From the NCBI GenBank assembly GCA_964462215.1, contig CAYWVZ010000005.1:2592-66591 (forward strand): a stretch of 64,000 nucleotides of DNA, given 5' to 3'. Source of the stretch: an uncultured Candidatus Saccharibacteria bacterium. GTDB taxonomy: Bacteria; Patescibacteriota; Saccharimonadia; Saccharimonadales; JAUPVS01. A model generated the notes under the pieces. It saw only the letters and a list, made by a program, of their open reading frames with translations. It had not been told where the DNA came from and searched no databases. The first letter of the stretch is position 1; every line of letters starts with the position of its first letter. The translations under genes were made by a program, and so were the position numbers. Of the stretch, positions 51,177 to 59,481 are shown piece by piece.

Positions 51177-51296
51177 GCTATACTATTCACATTATGGAAT
51201 TGCATGGTCAGACACCCGAAACAGCGGCCTCGCGCGAGCCCAATGATGATAAATCGGTGCCGGTCATTAAGCCGATATAATCAGACAAACATTTTA

Positions 51297-51325
51297 TTGA
51301 CTTTTTATAAAACTTATGCTAATAT
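51297..51325 (+). promoter_or_regulatory. Near-consensus sigma-70-type promoter TTGACT-17 nt-TAATAT
   Basis: The hexamers lie at 51297-51302 and 51320-51325, in an A/T-rich gap. An AAGGAAAG SD and ATG 51353 lie downstream. Confidence 0.55.
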
Positions 51326-51352
51326 GAGAGACGTTAAGGAAAGATAAAAACC

Positions 51353-52153
51353 ATGTCCGAACAAGCAAATCCTGATTCCATCGAACACAGCGCCAGCGGC
51401 GAGTGGCAAAAATTGCCGCAAGGTGCTACCAGTCAGTACATTGAAGGCTTGCTAGCCAACCATGCCGATACTATTACCCCCGGCGTTGTTATGGACCGTC
51501 TGGTCGGTTCAATATTTCGAGCAGAAGGTGTTCAGCGGGCGGGGCAGGACGTAGCTCATTTACAGGAAGTTATCAAAGGCACCGAGGGCCAAAAGATTCC
51601 GGCAATGTTCCTGTCGGCATTTACCCGTACCGAAGGAGTTCGCCGGGCGCTAGCGGCCGTGGGGGCTAATTCGTTGGTTGGCGGCCAGAGCGCTTTGGAT
51701 AGTTTTCAGCCGCCCATTGCCGACCCGGCCAGTGGCGAATTACTACTTGGTTCGCTGGACCAGGTTGCCGGCTATGTCGAAACCGCTGCTCCGGCCGAAG
51801 CAGGTCTGGGCATGGAAGGCGCTACGCCCTGGAAGCAAACTCTCTTACAGGAAATAACTGATTATGTGAACCACCCCAGCACCGATGTGCAGGGTGCCTG
51901 GAAAACCCGCGACCACGTAGGTTCGAGTGCAGCTTCGGTTAAAGCCCGCCAGCAGGCTTGGGATCGAGCCGAGGTAACTGCCCGCCAGGCCGGCCTGGAT
52001 ATGGATTTCTTGACTCGTTCAGCCGATATGCTGCGGGATAAACACCTTAGCGGTGCCCGCATGGCTAATCTGCCGGTCGGCAGCCCGGAACTTGTGCAGC
52101 AGCCATTTCAAACTGAGCCAGTTACAGACTACGGACACTTGTTAGAGCCGTAA
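51353..52153 (+). CDS. Hypothetical soluble protein (266 aa)
   Basis: The ORF has its own strong promoter and SD. It has no TM helix or signal peptide, and no recognisable motif. Confidence 0.55.
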   Translation: MSEQANPDSIEHSASGEWQKLPQGATSQYIEGLLANHADTITPGVVMDRLVGSIFRAEGVQRAGQDVAHLQEVIKGTEGQKIPAMFLSAFTRTEGVRRALAAVGANSLVGGQSALDSFQPPIADPASGELLLGSLDQVAGYVETAAPAEAGLGMEGATPWKQTLLQEITDYVNHPSTDVQGAWKTRDHVGSSAASVKARQQAWDRAEVTARQAGLDMDFLTRSADMLRDKHLSGARMANLPVGSPELVQQPFQTEPVTDYGHLLEP

Positions 52154-52154
52154 A

Positions 52155-52427
52155 TTATTCGACGGTGACTTCGGTGCGGCGGACGGTTTTGCCGGTGAAA
52201 CGGCGGACTTTGCGGGTTTTGTAGGTGACAACGCCGTCTTTCTCGGCGTGGACGGTGTAATTGCGACTAAGTGTAGTGCCTTTGCCGGCGCGCTTGCTGA
52301 GGCCGACCTGACGGACGATAACCTGGCCGGTTTTGACTTTTTGGCCGCCAAACAGCTTAACACCGAGCCGCTGGCCGGGGCTGTCATGAACGTTTTTACT
52401 GGAACCACCTGCTTTGACGTGTGACAT
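52155..52427 (-). CDS. rpmA: 50S ribosomal protein L27
   Basis: The sequence reads MSHVKAGGSSKNVHDSPGQRLGVKLFGGQ... Confidence 0.95.
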   Translation of the reverse strand: MSHVKAGGSSKNVHDSPGQRLGVKLFGGQKVKTGQVIVRQVGLSKRAGKGTTLSRNYTVHAEKDGVVTYKTRKVRRFTGKTVRRTEVTVE

Positions 52428-52428
52428 A

Positions 52429-53646
52429 TTACTTCCTTATTAGTACTACCAGTTCACGGCCGACAATTTGGCCTTCACGGTGATAGACCAAGTCTGTATC
52501 GCGAGCGTGAACAAAACTCTTGCGAGTATACCCCAAATCTTCCAGAGAAGCAAGCGTTTTAAGGTGTTTTAGGCCGTCACGCGTGAACCAGGCCGGCACG
52601 GCGATGCACATACGAAAACCGGGTTTGGTCTGGCGGGTGACATTTTGCAGGAATGTGCGGTGGATGGCATCGGTTTCGTCCATGGCAGCTTTTAGTTCGG
52701 CGGGGCGGGGCGGGTGAGCGAACGGCGTACCCAAGTAGGTTTCGGTGGCGATAAGGTCAATGGGCTGCTCCCACTGGAAAGAGGTAGCGTCGCCAACAGA
52801 TACCTTAAACGAGCCGGCGGCTGGGTGCTTTTCGAGCAACCAGTCGAGATTAGCCTGAGAATATTCGACCATACGCGGTTCCAGGTCGGTACCGTATGCG
52901 TCGTAACCCATCAGCAGTGCTTCTTGTAGTACGACGCCGGTGCCGCAAAACGGATCAAGCAAACGGGACAGACGTTCACTGTGTGTAATGGTAGTTTGTT
53001 CCTCGGGAGTCATAGCTGAAACATGCAGTCCGGCCAGGTTGATGATAATTTGAGCCAGTTTGGGTGGCAGCATGCCGACTTTGGCGTCGCGCTTGGGACG
53101 TTTTTGGTCGCGGGCGGCGTAGGCGTTGATGTCTTGGGCGGCTACGACCTGGGCCAGCAGGGTGGTACGACCATCGCGGATGATCAGGATCTCTAAGCCC
53201 GTCGGGCCGGTGAGTTGGTTGTGGAATGTTTGGGCGCTGCTGAGTGTTTGAGCGGTGTTGGGCACGACCCGGACTGAACGGCCGGTGTTCTTGATGACTT
53301 TTTTAATCTGCAAGCCGGCACGGTTTATGTCGTTTACCGATACGTCGAAGCCGTAATTATTGAGCCCTAGCCGCAGCTTGCCTTCGGGAAAGTAGCCCAG
53401 GTGTTCCGGCACGTTCTGGCAGAGGTGGGCTATGGCCTCTTTCCAGCTGGCTGATTCGAGGCGGGTGAGTATTTTAGCCAGCTTGACGCTGCCACCCAGG
53501 CGGCCGAAGGCAACTTCGGAATGGTGTTTGTCGAGTAGGGTAAGGCCGCCGGGCAGAGGGTGTAGGGCATCGGCGCCGTACAGGCTTTCCAGTTCGGCCA
53601 GGCCCAAGGCTGGTTGCCGGCCCAGGATTGCAATGGTTTGATTCAT
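52429..53646 (-). CDS. SAM-dependent methyltransferase, UPF0020/Trm11-like (probable RNA methyltransferase)
   Basis: SAM motif I is LLDPFCGTGVVLQEA, followed by YGTDLEP. At the motif IV position it reads IATETYLG rather than (D/N)PPY. ATG 53646 is preferred: TATAAT on the minus strand at 53659-53654 lies 7 nt upstream, and the alternative ATG 53655 overlaps that box. Confidence 0.6.
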   Translation of the reverse strand: MNQTIAILGRQPALGLAELESLYGADALHPLPGGLTLLDKHHSEVAFGRLGGSVKLAKILTRLESASWKEAIAHLCQNVPEHLGYFPEGKLRLGLNNYGFDVSVNDINRAGLQIKKVIKNTGRSVRVVPNTAQTLSSAQTFHNQLTGPTGLEILIIRDGRTTLLAQVVAAQDINAYAARDQKRPKRDAKVGMLPPKLAQIIINLAGLHVSAMTPEEQTTITHSERLSRLLDPFCGTGVVLQEALLMGYDAYGTDLEPRMVEYSQANLDWLLEKHPAAGSFKVSVGDATSFQWEQPIDLIATETYLGTPFAHPPRPAELKAAMDETDAIHRTFLQNVTRQTKPGFRMCIAVPAWFTRDGLKHLKTLASLEDLGYTRKSFVHARDTDLVYHREGQIVGRELVVLIRK

Positions 53647-53661
53647 CGGCTTCATTATACC

Positions 53662-53750
53662 GCAGAACAGGTGTGCGCGGCACCGCAAGTCCTCGCAGTC
53701 GCAAAAATGAACGACTGCCGCGGAAGGCTCTCCGCGCACACCTGTTCTGC
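53662..53750. promoter_or_regulatory. Perfect 19-bp inverted repeat (gcagaacaggtgtgcgcgg / ccgcgcacacctgttctgc) with a 51-bp spacer; each arm abuts an outward-facing TATAAT box
   Basis: The arms lie at 53662-53680 and 53732-53750. The inner spacer contains a further 7-bp inverted repeat (gcagtcg at 53695-53701 and cgactgc at 53712-53718). The flanking -10 boxes lie at 53659-53654 (minus strand) and 53751-53756 (plus strand). Confidence 0.7.
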
Positions 53751-53764
53751 TATAATGAGTGGCG

Positions 53765-54811
53765 ATGAGCGAACAAGAGAAGACTAAGCGTTGGAAGCTA
53801 ATTCTTAACATCGTAACCGTGGGTGCTTTGTTGCTGTTATGTTACTTCTTGCGCGACCAGATCATGGAGACTATCGACAACCTCAGCCGGGTTAACGCCT
53901 ACGCGCTATTGTTGATTCTGCCGATTCAATTCTTTAATTATGATTCGTACGCGAGAATGTACGTGTACTTGTTCGCTATTTTGGGGAACAAAACTAAGTA
54001 TTGGGACATGTTCAAGGTGTCGCTGGAGCTTAATTTGGTTAATCACGTGTTTCCGAGCGGTGGCGTGTCGGGCTTTTCATATTTCGGTATCCGGATGAAA
54101 GATTTTGATGTCTCTACCGGTAAATCGACACTGGTGCAGACTATGAAGTTCGTGTTGTTATTCGTATCGTTCGAGGTTTTGATTATTTTAGGGCTGTTCT
54201 TTTTGGCGGTTGGCAACCAGGCTAACAACGTTACTATTTTAGTGGCCAGTTCACTAGCAACCTTCTTGCTGGTTGGCACTTTTGGCGCGGCTTTTCTGAT
54301 TGGCAGCCAGAAGCGCATCAATAGCTTTTTTACCTACGCGACGAAGTTTTTTAATAAAACGGTCCACCTGGTGCGGCGTAAACATCCGGAGACTATCGAC
54401 GTTGGGCGTGTGCAGCGGATGTTTAAGGAGCTACACGAAAATTACATGGTCCTAAAAAGTGATTACCGTAAACTGGTAAGGCCGGTGGTCTGTGCTTTGA
54501 TTGCTAACACCAGCGAGATTTTAACGATTTACGTGGTATACGTCGCTTTTGGCCATTGGGTCAACCCCGGAGCGATTATTTTGGCTTACGCCATTGCTAA
54601 CTTTGCCGGCTTAATTTCGGTATTGCCGGGCGGCATCGGTATTTACGAGGCTATCATGACGGCAGTGCTGGCTACTGCCGGTATTCCGCCGGCCGTCAGT
54701 ATCCCGGTGACGGTAATGTACCGGGTGCTCAACGCAGTAATACAGATTACACCAGGCTACTATTTTTACCACAAAGCGTTGCGCGGCAAGCCTAAACCTT
54801 CGGCGGCGTGA
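53765..54811 (+). CDS. UPF0104 / lysylphosphatidylglycerol-synthase-TM-region (flippase-like) membrane protein
   Basis: It has about 8 TM helices. The N-terminus is KRWKLILNIVTVGALLLLCYFL and the C-terminal region reads LPGGIGIYEAIMTAVL...YRVLN. ATG 53765 lies 8 nt after TATAAT. Confidence 0.6.
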   Translation: MSEQEKTKRWKLILNIVTVGALLLLCYFLRDQIMETIDNLSRVNAYALLLILPIQFFNYDSYARMYVYLFAILGNKTKYWDMFKVSLELNLVNHVFPSGGVSGFSYFGIRMKDFDVSTGKSTLVQTMKFVLLFVSFEVLIILGLFFLAVGNQANNVTILVASSLATFLLVGTFGAAFLIGSQKRINSFFTYATKFFNKTVHLVRRKHPETIDVGRVQRMFKELHENYMVLKSDYRKLVRPVVCALIANTSEILTIYVVYVAFGHWVNPGAIILAYAIANFAGLISVLPGGIGIYEAIMTAVLATAGIPPAVSIPVTVMYRVLNAVIQITPGYYFYHKALRGKPKPSAA

Positions 54812-55920
54812 ACGACGTTGTTTTAAGTGTTTCGGATTTTGTTGGTTCGCTGAACCAAACACTGGAATATGCCTATCCGAACGTGGTAATTGTTGGAGAG
54901 CTAGCCAACTTTCGCGTTAGCAAGAACCGTTGGGTGTACTTTGACCTGAAAGATGAATATGCCAGCGTGAAGTTCTTTGGTTCGGTGTATCAGCTGCCGG
55001 GGCCGTTGGAAGACGGGCTGATGCTGCACGTCCGCGGCAACCCGCGCTTGCACCCGCTATATGGCTTTAGCGTGACGGTGCAGTCGATTCAGCCGGTGGG
55101 CGAGGGGTCGCTACGCAAAGCGGCTGCCTTGTTGGAGGCCAAACTGCGGGCCGAGGGGTTGTTCGAGCCGAGCCGCAAGCGCGGGTTGCCGTACCCGCCG
55201 GCCAGTGTCGGCTTGGTGACCTCGGGCGAGTCGGCGGCTTACGCGGACTTTATGAAAATTCTGAACCGGCGCTGGGGCGGCCTGGGCGTGGAACTGGCGG
55301 ACGTGCAGGTGCAGGGCGAGGCGGCAATAGAGCAAATCGTGCGGGCTATTGAATATTTCAACGCCCAGGCCGCCCCGCCGGAGGTCCTAGTGCTGACGCG
55401 CGGCGGCGGCAGTGCCGAAGACTTGGCGGCCTTCAACACCGAGCAGGTCACCCGTGCCGTGGCGGCCAGCCGCATCCCGACATTGGTTGCCATCGGCCAC
55501 GAAGTCGACCTCAGCCTAGCCGAGCTGGCCGCCGACCAGCGCGCCAGCACGCCCAGCAACGCCGCCGAACTGCTGACTCCCGACAAGCGGCAGGTTCAGT
55601 CGCAACTGGCTTCATACCAGGCTCGCTTAGGCCAGTTCCTGCATGGTCAGGTTACTGCCGCCAAACAGCAGCTTCAGACACAAAACTTGCATCTCCAAGA
55701 CCGTTTTGACCGGTTTTTCCGCTATCAGCACGAAGCTGTGGAGCGTAAACACCAGCTGCTCGAAGCTCTCAACCCGGCTCGGGTGCTAGAACGAGGTTAC
55801 GCTGTTGTTAGTGCGCCGAGCGGCTCTATTCATTCTGTTACACAACTTCAGCCTGGTACCGAGGTGCGTATTCGTTTTAGCGATGGCCAAGCCCAAGCCA
55901 AGGTAACTAAGGTACAATAA
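54808..55920 (+). CDS. xseA: Exodeoxyribonuclease VII large subunit
   Basis: An N-terminal OB fold is present (VSDFVGSLNQTLE...VVIVGELANF), along with the TRGGGS motif and a C-terminal coiled coil. There is a GTGA overlap with the upstream gene. Confidence 0.9.
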   Translation: MNDVVLSVSDFVGSLNQTLEYAYPNVVIVGELANFRVSKNRWVYFDLKDEYASVKFFGSVYQLPGPLEDGLMLHVRGNPRLHPLYGFSVTVQSIQPVGEGSLRKAAALLEAKLRAEGLFEPSRKRGLPYPPASVGLVTSGESAAYADFMKILNRRWGGLGVELADVQVQGEAAIEQIVRAIEYFNAQAAPPEVLVLTRGGGSAEDLAAFNTEQVTRAVAASRIPTLVAIGHEVDLSLAELAADQRASTPSNAAELLTPDKRQVQSQLASYQARLGQFLHGQVTAAKQQLQTQNLHLQDRFDRFFRYQHEAVERKHQLLEALNPARVLERGYAVVSAPSGSIHSVTQLQPGTEVRIRFSDGQAQAKVTKVQ

Positions 55921-55924
55921 GGCC

Positions 55925-56125
55925 ATGGCAAAAGAAACTGTTAATTACCGAAAACTGCACGAGGAGCTGGAGGCAATCTTGGCCCGGCTTGAAACCAACG
56001 AACTGGAAGTCGAGGAGGCTATCAAGCAATACCAGCGGGGCAGCGAGATCGTTAAGCAACTGCAACAGTACCTCAAGACGGCCGAGAACAAAGTCAAGAA
56101 AGTGACCACCGAGCGCTCGGCATGA
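55925..56125 (+). CDS. xseB: Exodeoxyribonuclease VII small subunit
   Basis: It is a 66-aa helical protein (LEAILARLETNELEVEEAIKQYQRGSEIVKQLQQYL) directly downstream of xseA. Confidence 0.85.
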   Translation: MAKETVNYRKLHEELEAILARLETNELEVEEAIKQYQRGSEIVKQLQQYLKTAENKVKKVTTERSA

Positions 56126-56613
56126 TTTTCCTTATCCTCGGCGGGGTAGTGCTGTTATTCGGTTTTGTCATACTATTTGGCGCGCCGTACGTGCCGACCC
56201 TGAAACCGCAGACCAAACAAGCCCTGGACTTGTTGAACCTCAAAAAAGGCCAAACGCTGCTGGAGCTGGGTTGCGGCGACGGGCGGGTAATGCGCGCGGC
56301 GGCTGCCCGCGGGCTCACAGTGGTTGGCTACGAGCTCAATCCTATATTAGTTATAATCGCCAAAGCCGTAACCTGGAAGTACCGTACAACTACCACAGTT
56401 ATTTGGGGTAATTTCTGGCGCGCTACCTGGCCGCCAGCCGACGGCATCTTCGTCTTCCTGCTAGACAAATACATGGAAAAATTGGATAAAAAAATTGCAC
56501 ACAAGCACAAGCATGACGCGCGGCCAATCCGGCTGGTTAGCTTCACTTTTCAGATTCCCGGCCGTAAGCCTGCCAAAAAGCGCGGCGGCCTCTTTCGCTA
56601 TGATTACACCTAA
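56122..56613 (+). CDS. Class I SAM-dependent methyltransferase with an N-terminal TM helix
   Basis: The N-terminus is LILGGVVLLFGFVILFG and motif I is LLELGCGDGRV. There is an ATGA overlap with xseB. Confidence 0.65.
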   Translation: MIFLILGGVVLLFGFVILFGAPYVPTLKPQTKQALDLLNLKKGQTLLELGCGDGRVMRAAAARGLTVVGYELNPILVIIAKAVTWKYRTTTTVIWGNFWRATWPPADGIFVFLLDKYMEKLDKKIAHKHKHDARPIRLVSFTFQIPGRKPAKKRGGLFRYDYT

Positions 56614-56644
56614 ACACTTGCCTCGAGCGTCGAAGTCGTTTACC

Positions 56645-57316
56645 ATGAGCGGTATGAAGAAGCTGAATGCCCACGGGGCTATCAACGGCTTGTTGATTCC
56701 ACTGATTATGGTTGTCATCCTCCTGTTGGCCGCCGGCGCGTTTGGCGTTTGGGCCTACATGGAGCGCCAGGATTACAAAAACAACGTCGACCAAAAGATT
56801 GCCGCCGCCGTCGAGGTAGCCAAACGGCAACTGTCTTCCGAAAAAGACAACGAGTTTTTGGAAAGAGAAAAGGAACCGCTGAAAGAGTACAAAGGTCCGG
56901 CCGCTTACGGCAGCCTGGTCATAAAATACCCCAAGACGTGGGGTGCCTATGTTAGCGAGAATGCCAGCGGCAATACTCCCGTCGACGGTTACTTTAATCC
57001 GGTGTTCGTACCGGGCGTAACCGGAGAAAACTCCTACGCCCTGCGGGCCCAAATCGCAAACAGCGCCTATGCCCAAGAGATTAAAAGGTTTGATTCGCAG
57101 GTCAAGACCGGAAAAGTTTCTGCCACGCCGTACATACCGGCTAATGTGCCCGGTGTGACGGGCATGCGTTTTGACGGCGAGATTATGCCCAACAAAGTCG
57201 GCAGTATGGTGGTAGTACCAATGCGCGACAAGACACTCAAACTGTGGACCGAATCAAACAACTATCTTGGCGATTTCAACAACATTATTTTGCCCAATTA
57301 CACGTTCGAACAATAG
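56645..57316 (+). CDS. Hypothetical membrane-anchored (N-terminal TM) extracytoplasmic protein
   Basis: ATG 56645 follows the upstream stop; the ORF-track start at 56495 lies inside the methyltransferase gene. The TM helix is LLIPLIMVVILLLAAGAFGVWAY. Confidence 0.5.
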   Translation: MSGMKKLNAHGAINGLLIPLIMVVILLLAAGAFGVWAYMERQDYKNNVDQKIAAAVEVAKRQLSSEKDNEFLEREKEPLKEYKGPAAYGSLVIKYPKTWGAYVSENASGNTPVDGYFNPVFVPGVTGENSYALRAQIANSAYAQEIKRFDSQVKTGKVSATPYIPANVPGVTGMRFDGEIMPNKVGSMVVVPMRDKTLKLWTESNNYLGDFNNIILPNYTFEQ

Positions 57317-57360
57317 ACAAGTGATATACTAAAGGCATAAATACGGGGGTCGAGGGTCTT

Positions 57361-58074
57361 ATGCCTGTTCTATCATCGCCGGTGGCTACAGAGCGACTAT
57401 TGCGGGCTATGGCCGAAGAACTCAAACTGCCTTTGCTGCAGATTGCCCGCCAGGCCGAACTGGCGCAGACCGTACCGGACGAGTCGCTGCTAGAGGGGAT
57501 TGAAACTTCGGCCACCCAGGCATTGTGGTTTGTTGACAGCTACCTGTTGAGCCAGCGATTGGCCCAACAAACTAGCTTAGACCTGGAGCCGGTAGCGGTG
57601 TCGGCAGCCTTGCATGACGCTGCGCACCAGTTGGCCGGCCTGGCCAAACAGTACGATTACGAACTTGAGCTGCGCCTAAGCGGCCGTTACGAGCCGGTGA
57701 TGGCCCACGCCCGCGGCTTACGGACGGCATTAGTGGGCTTGGGGAACACGCTGATTGGCGCGGCTGATGCCGCTGCCGGAGCCGCCGCCCCGCGGCGTCT
57801 GGTTTTGGCTGCCCACAGGAGCCGGGGCGGCGTGGTAGCCGGCGTATTCTCACAAACCGAGGGCTTAAGCCAGGCAGTGTACCGCCAAGGCAAGGCGCTG
57901 TACGGCCGTACCCGCCAGCCGCTGACTGGCTTTTCGGTCCAGGGCGGCGCCGGCGTATTTATGGCCGACATTCTGTTTGCCTCGATGCAGTCACGTTTGC
58001 GGGTGGCCCGCCATCACAACTTAACCGGCCTGGCCGCCACGCTGCCGCCTAGCCGTCAGCTGGTACTTGTGTAA
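57361..58074 (+). CDS. Histidine-kinase-like protein (DHp plus degenerate HATPase_c) with no sensor/TM region and with Glu at the H-box histidine position
   Basis: The H-box-like MAEELKLPLLQI compares with the consensus SHELRTPL. The N-box-like motif is LVGLGNTLIGAA. The G2-like tail is GGAGVFMADILFASMQSRLRVARHHNLTGLAATLP. Confidence 0.5.
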   Translation: MPVLSSPVATERLLRAMAEELKLPLLQIARQAELAQTVPDESLLEGIETSATQALWFVDSYLLSQRLAQQTSLDLEPVAVSAALHDAAHQLAGLAKQYDYELELRLSGRYEPVMAHARGLRTALVGLGNTLIGAADAAAGAAAPRRLVLAAHRSRGGVVAGVFSQTEGLSQAVYRQGKALYGRTRQPLTGFSVQGGAGVFMADILFASMQSRLRVARHHNLTGLAATLPPSRQLVLV

Positions 58075-58460
58075 TGGCCGACATCCTACTGCTCGAGCCC
58101 GACCGTTTACTGGCCCGCAGTTACTGCCAGGCTCTGGCGGCAGCGGGGCACCGGCCGCACTGGCAAACCGACGCCCAGGCAGCCCTCGGCGTACTGGATG
58201 AACATGACATCGGCTTGATCGTGCTGGAATTGGAACTGGCCGGACACAACGGTGTGGAATTTTTGTACGAACTGCGCTCGTATCCGGATTGGAACCACAT
58301 CCCGATTATCTTGCACACCATGGTTGCCGCGTCACACCCCGGCTTGGGTCGAGCTTTCTGGAAAGAACTGGGGATCGCGGGCTATCAGTACAAACCCCAG
58401 ACTTCGCTAGAGCAGTTGGTTACCCGCGCAAACCGCCAGTTAAACCTGCAGACCGTATGA
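58074..58460 (+). CDS. Receiver-domain-like protein with Glu at the phospho-acceptor Asp position
   Basis: Strand 1 reads ILLLEPD. Strand 3 reads GLIVLELELAGHNG, where the consensus is D-L-x-x-L-D. The conserved Thr (PIILHT) and Lys-Pro (YQYKP) are retained. There is a TAATG overlap with the upstream gene. Confidence 0.55.
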   Translation: MADILLLEPDRLLARSYCQALAAAGHRPHWQTDAQAALGVLDEHDIGLIVLELELAGHNGVEFLYELRSYPDWNHIPIILHTMVAASHPGLGRAFWKELGIAGYQYKPQTSLEQLVTRANRQLNLQTV

Positions 58461-59146
58461 ACCAAGTCGTCACCAAAGGCATTGTTTTGACGCGCACTAA
58501 CTTCGGTGAAGCCGACCGCATCTTAACTATACTAACCCCGGACCACGGCAAAATCCGGGTCATGGCCAAGGGCGTCCGTAAGGTCAAAAGCAAACTGGCT
58601 GGCGGCATCGAGCTGTTTAGCATCAGCAACATTACCTATATTCCGGGTAAAAAAGATATTCACACACTGGTGTCAACACGATTGGACAGGCACTTTGGCA
58701 ACCTGGTTCACGACCTTACGCGGACAATGTCCGGGTATGATTTGCTCAAACAAACCAATCGGGCCACCGAAGAAGTATCCGAGCCGGAATACTTTACGGT
58801 CCTGGCAGTGGCCCTCCAGGCGTTGGACGACGGTGTTAGTCAGGCACTGGTTGAGCTGTGGTTCAACGCCCAATTACTCAAGTTGGCCGGCCACCAGCCT
58901 AATCTGACAACCGATACCACCGGCACAAAACTCGAGGCTAACAAGCTCTACACGTTCGACTTCGACAGTATGAGCTTTGCCCAAGCCGGGCAGGGGCTAC
59001 TAACGCCAGCGCATATTACGTTCCTGCGCCTGATCTTCGGTGTAGCTAATCCATCTCAACTGCAGCAAGTCCAAGACGCCGCCCGAGTCCTCGGCCCCTG
59101 CGTGCAACTTCTACTATCTTTACGTGCACAATCTGCAAATACGTGA
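58457..59146 (+). CDS. recO: DNA repair protein RecO
   Basis: An N-terminal OB fold is present (GIVLTRTNFGEADRILTILTPDHGKIRVMAKGVRK). There is an ATGA overlap with the upstream gene. The ORF-track start at 58289 is rejected. Confidence 0.8.
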   Translation: MNQVVTKGIVLTRTNFGEADRILTILTPDHGKIRVMAKGVRKVKSKLAGGIELFSISNITYIPGKKDIHTLVSTRLDRHFGNLVHDLTRTMSGYDLLKQTNRATEEVSEPEYFTVLAVALQALDDGVSQALVELWFNAQLLKLAGHQPNLTTDTTGTKLEANKLYTFDFDSMSFAQAGQGLLTPAHITFLRLIFGVANPSQLQQVQDAARVLGPCVQLLLSLRAQSANT

Positions 59147-59162
59147 TATAACTAACACATCT

Positions 59163-59423
59163 ATGAACGAAAGAGTGCAAAAAATTGCTGCCGTAGGTGC
59201 TGGGTTAGCAGTTGCCGGCGGCACCTATATGGGCGTAGAGGCTTTGAGCGACGAACTGGCAGCCCACCATGAAACGGTTCTGGCCGTAGCGGGGATAGGC
59301 TTAATCGGCTATGGCTTAAGTATAGAAAAACCGTTTGTATGGGCCTACCGCGGCATCCGAAACAGAACACAACAGCGCCTTGGCAACCTGGCCGTCCCCG
59401 AACAAACTGAAGAAACACCCTAA
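59163..59423 (+). CDS. Small hypothetical two-TM protein (86 aa)
   Basis: The two hydrophobic helices are IAAVGAGLAVAGG and VLAVAGIGLIGYGL. TATAAC at 59147-59152 lies 10 nt upstream of the ATG. Confidence 0.45.
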   Translation: MNERVQKIAAVGAGLAVAGGTYMGVEALSDELAAHHETVLAVAGIGLIGYGLSIEKPFVWAYRGIRNRTQQRLGNLAVPEQTEETP

Positions 59424-59467
59424 GTTTTATCCGGCACAGATACATATACCCTACAGATGGCGTCTGT

Positions 59468-59473
59468 TATAAT
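59468..59473 (+). promoter_or_regulatory. TATAAT box 8 nt upstream of the glyQS ATG (leaderless-type)
   Basis: The sequence reads ctgtTATAATacggcgtaATG. Confidence 0.4.
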
Positions 59474-59481
59474 ACGGCGTA

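Noticed and set aside
20256-57076. Long antisense ORFs opposite housekeeping genes: 21139-21777 (prfA), 23313-23891 (rpsB), 24044-24616 (tsf), 35851-36408, 38113-38592 (serS), 40499-41299 (secA), 45035-46084 and 45364-45942 (ftsX), 46110-46898 (CHAP gene), 49652-50341 (pyrG) and 56543-57076.
   Set aside because: In every case the opposite strand encodes a protein with unmistakable family motifs over its full length. The antisense products have no recognisable motifs and are low in complexity.
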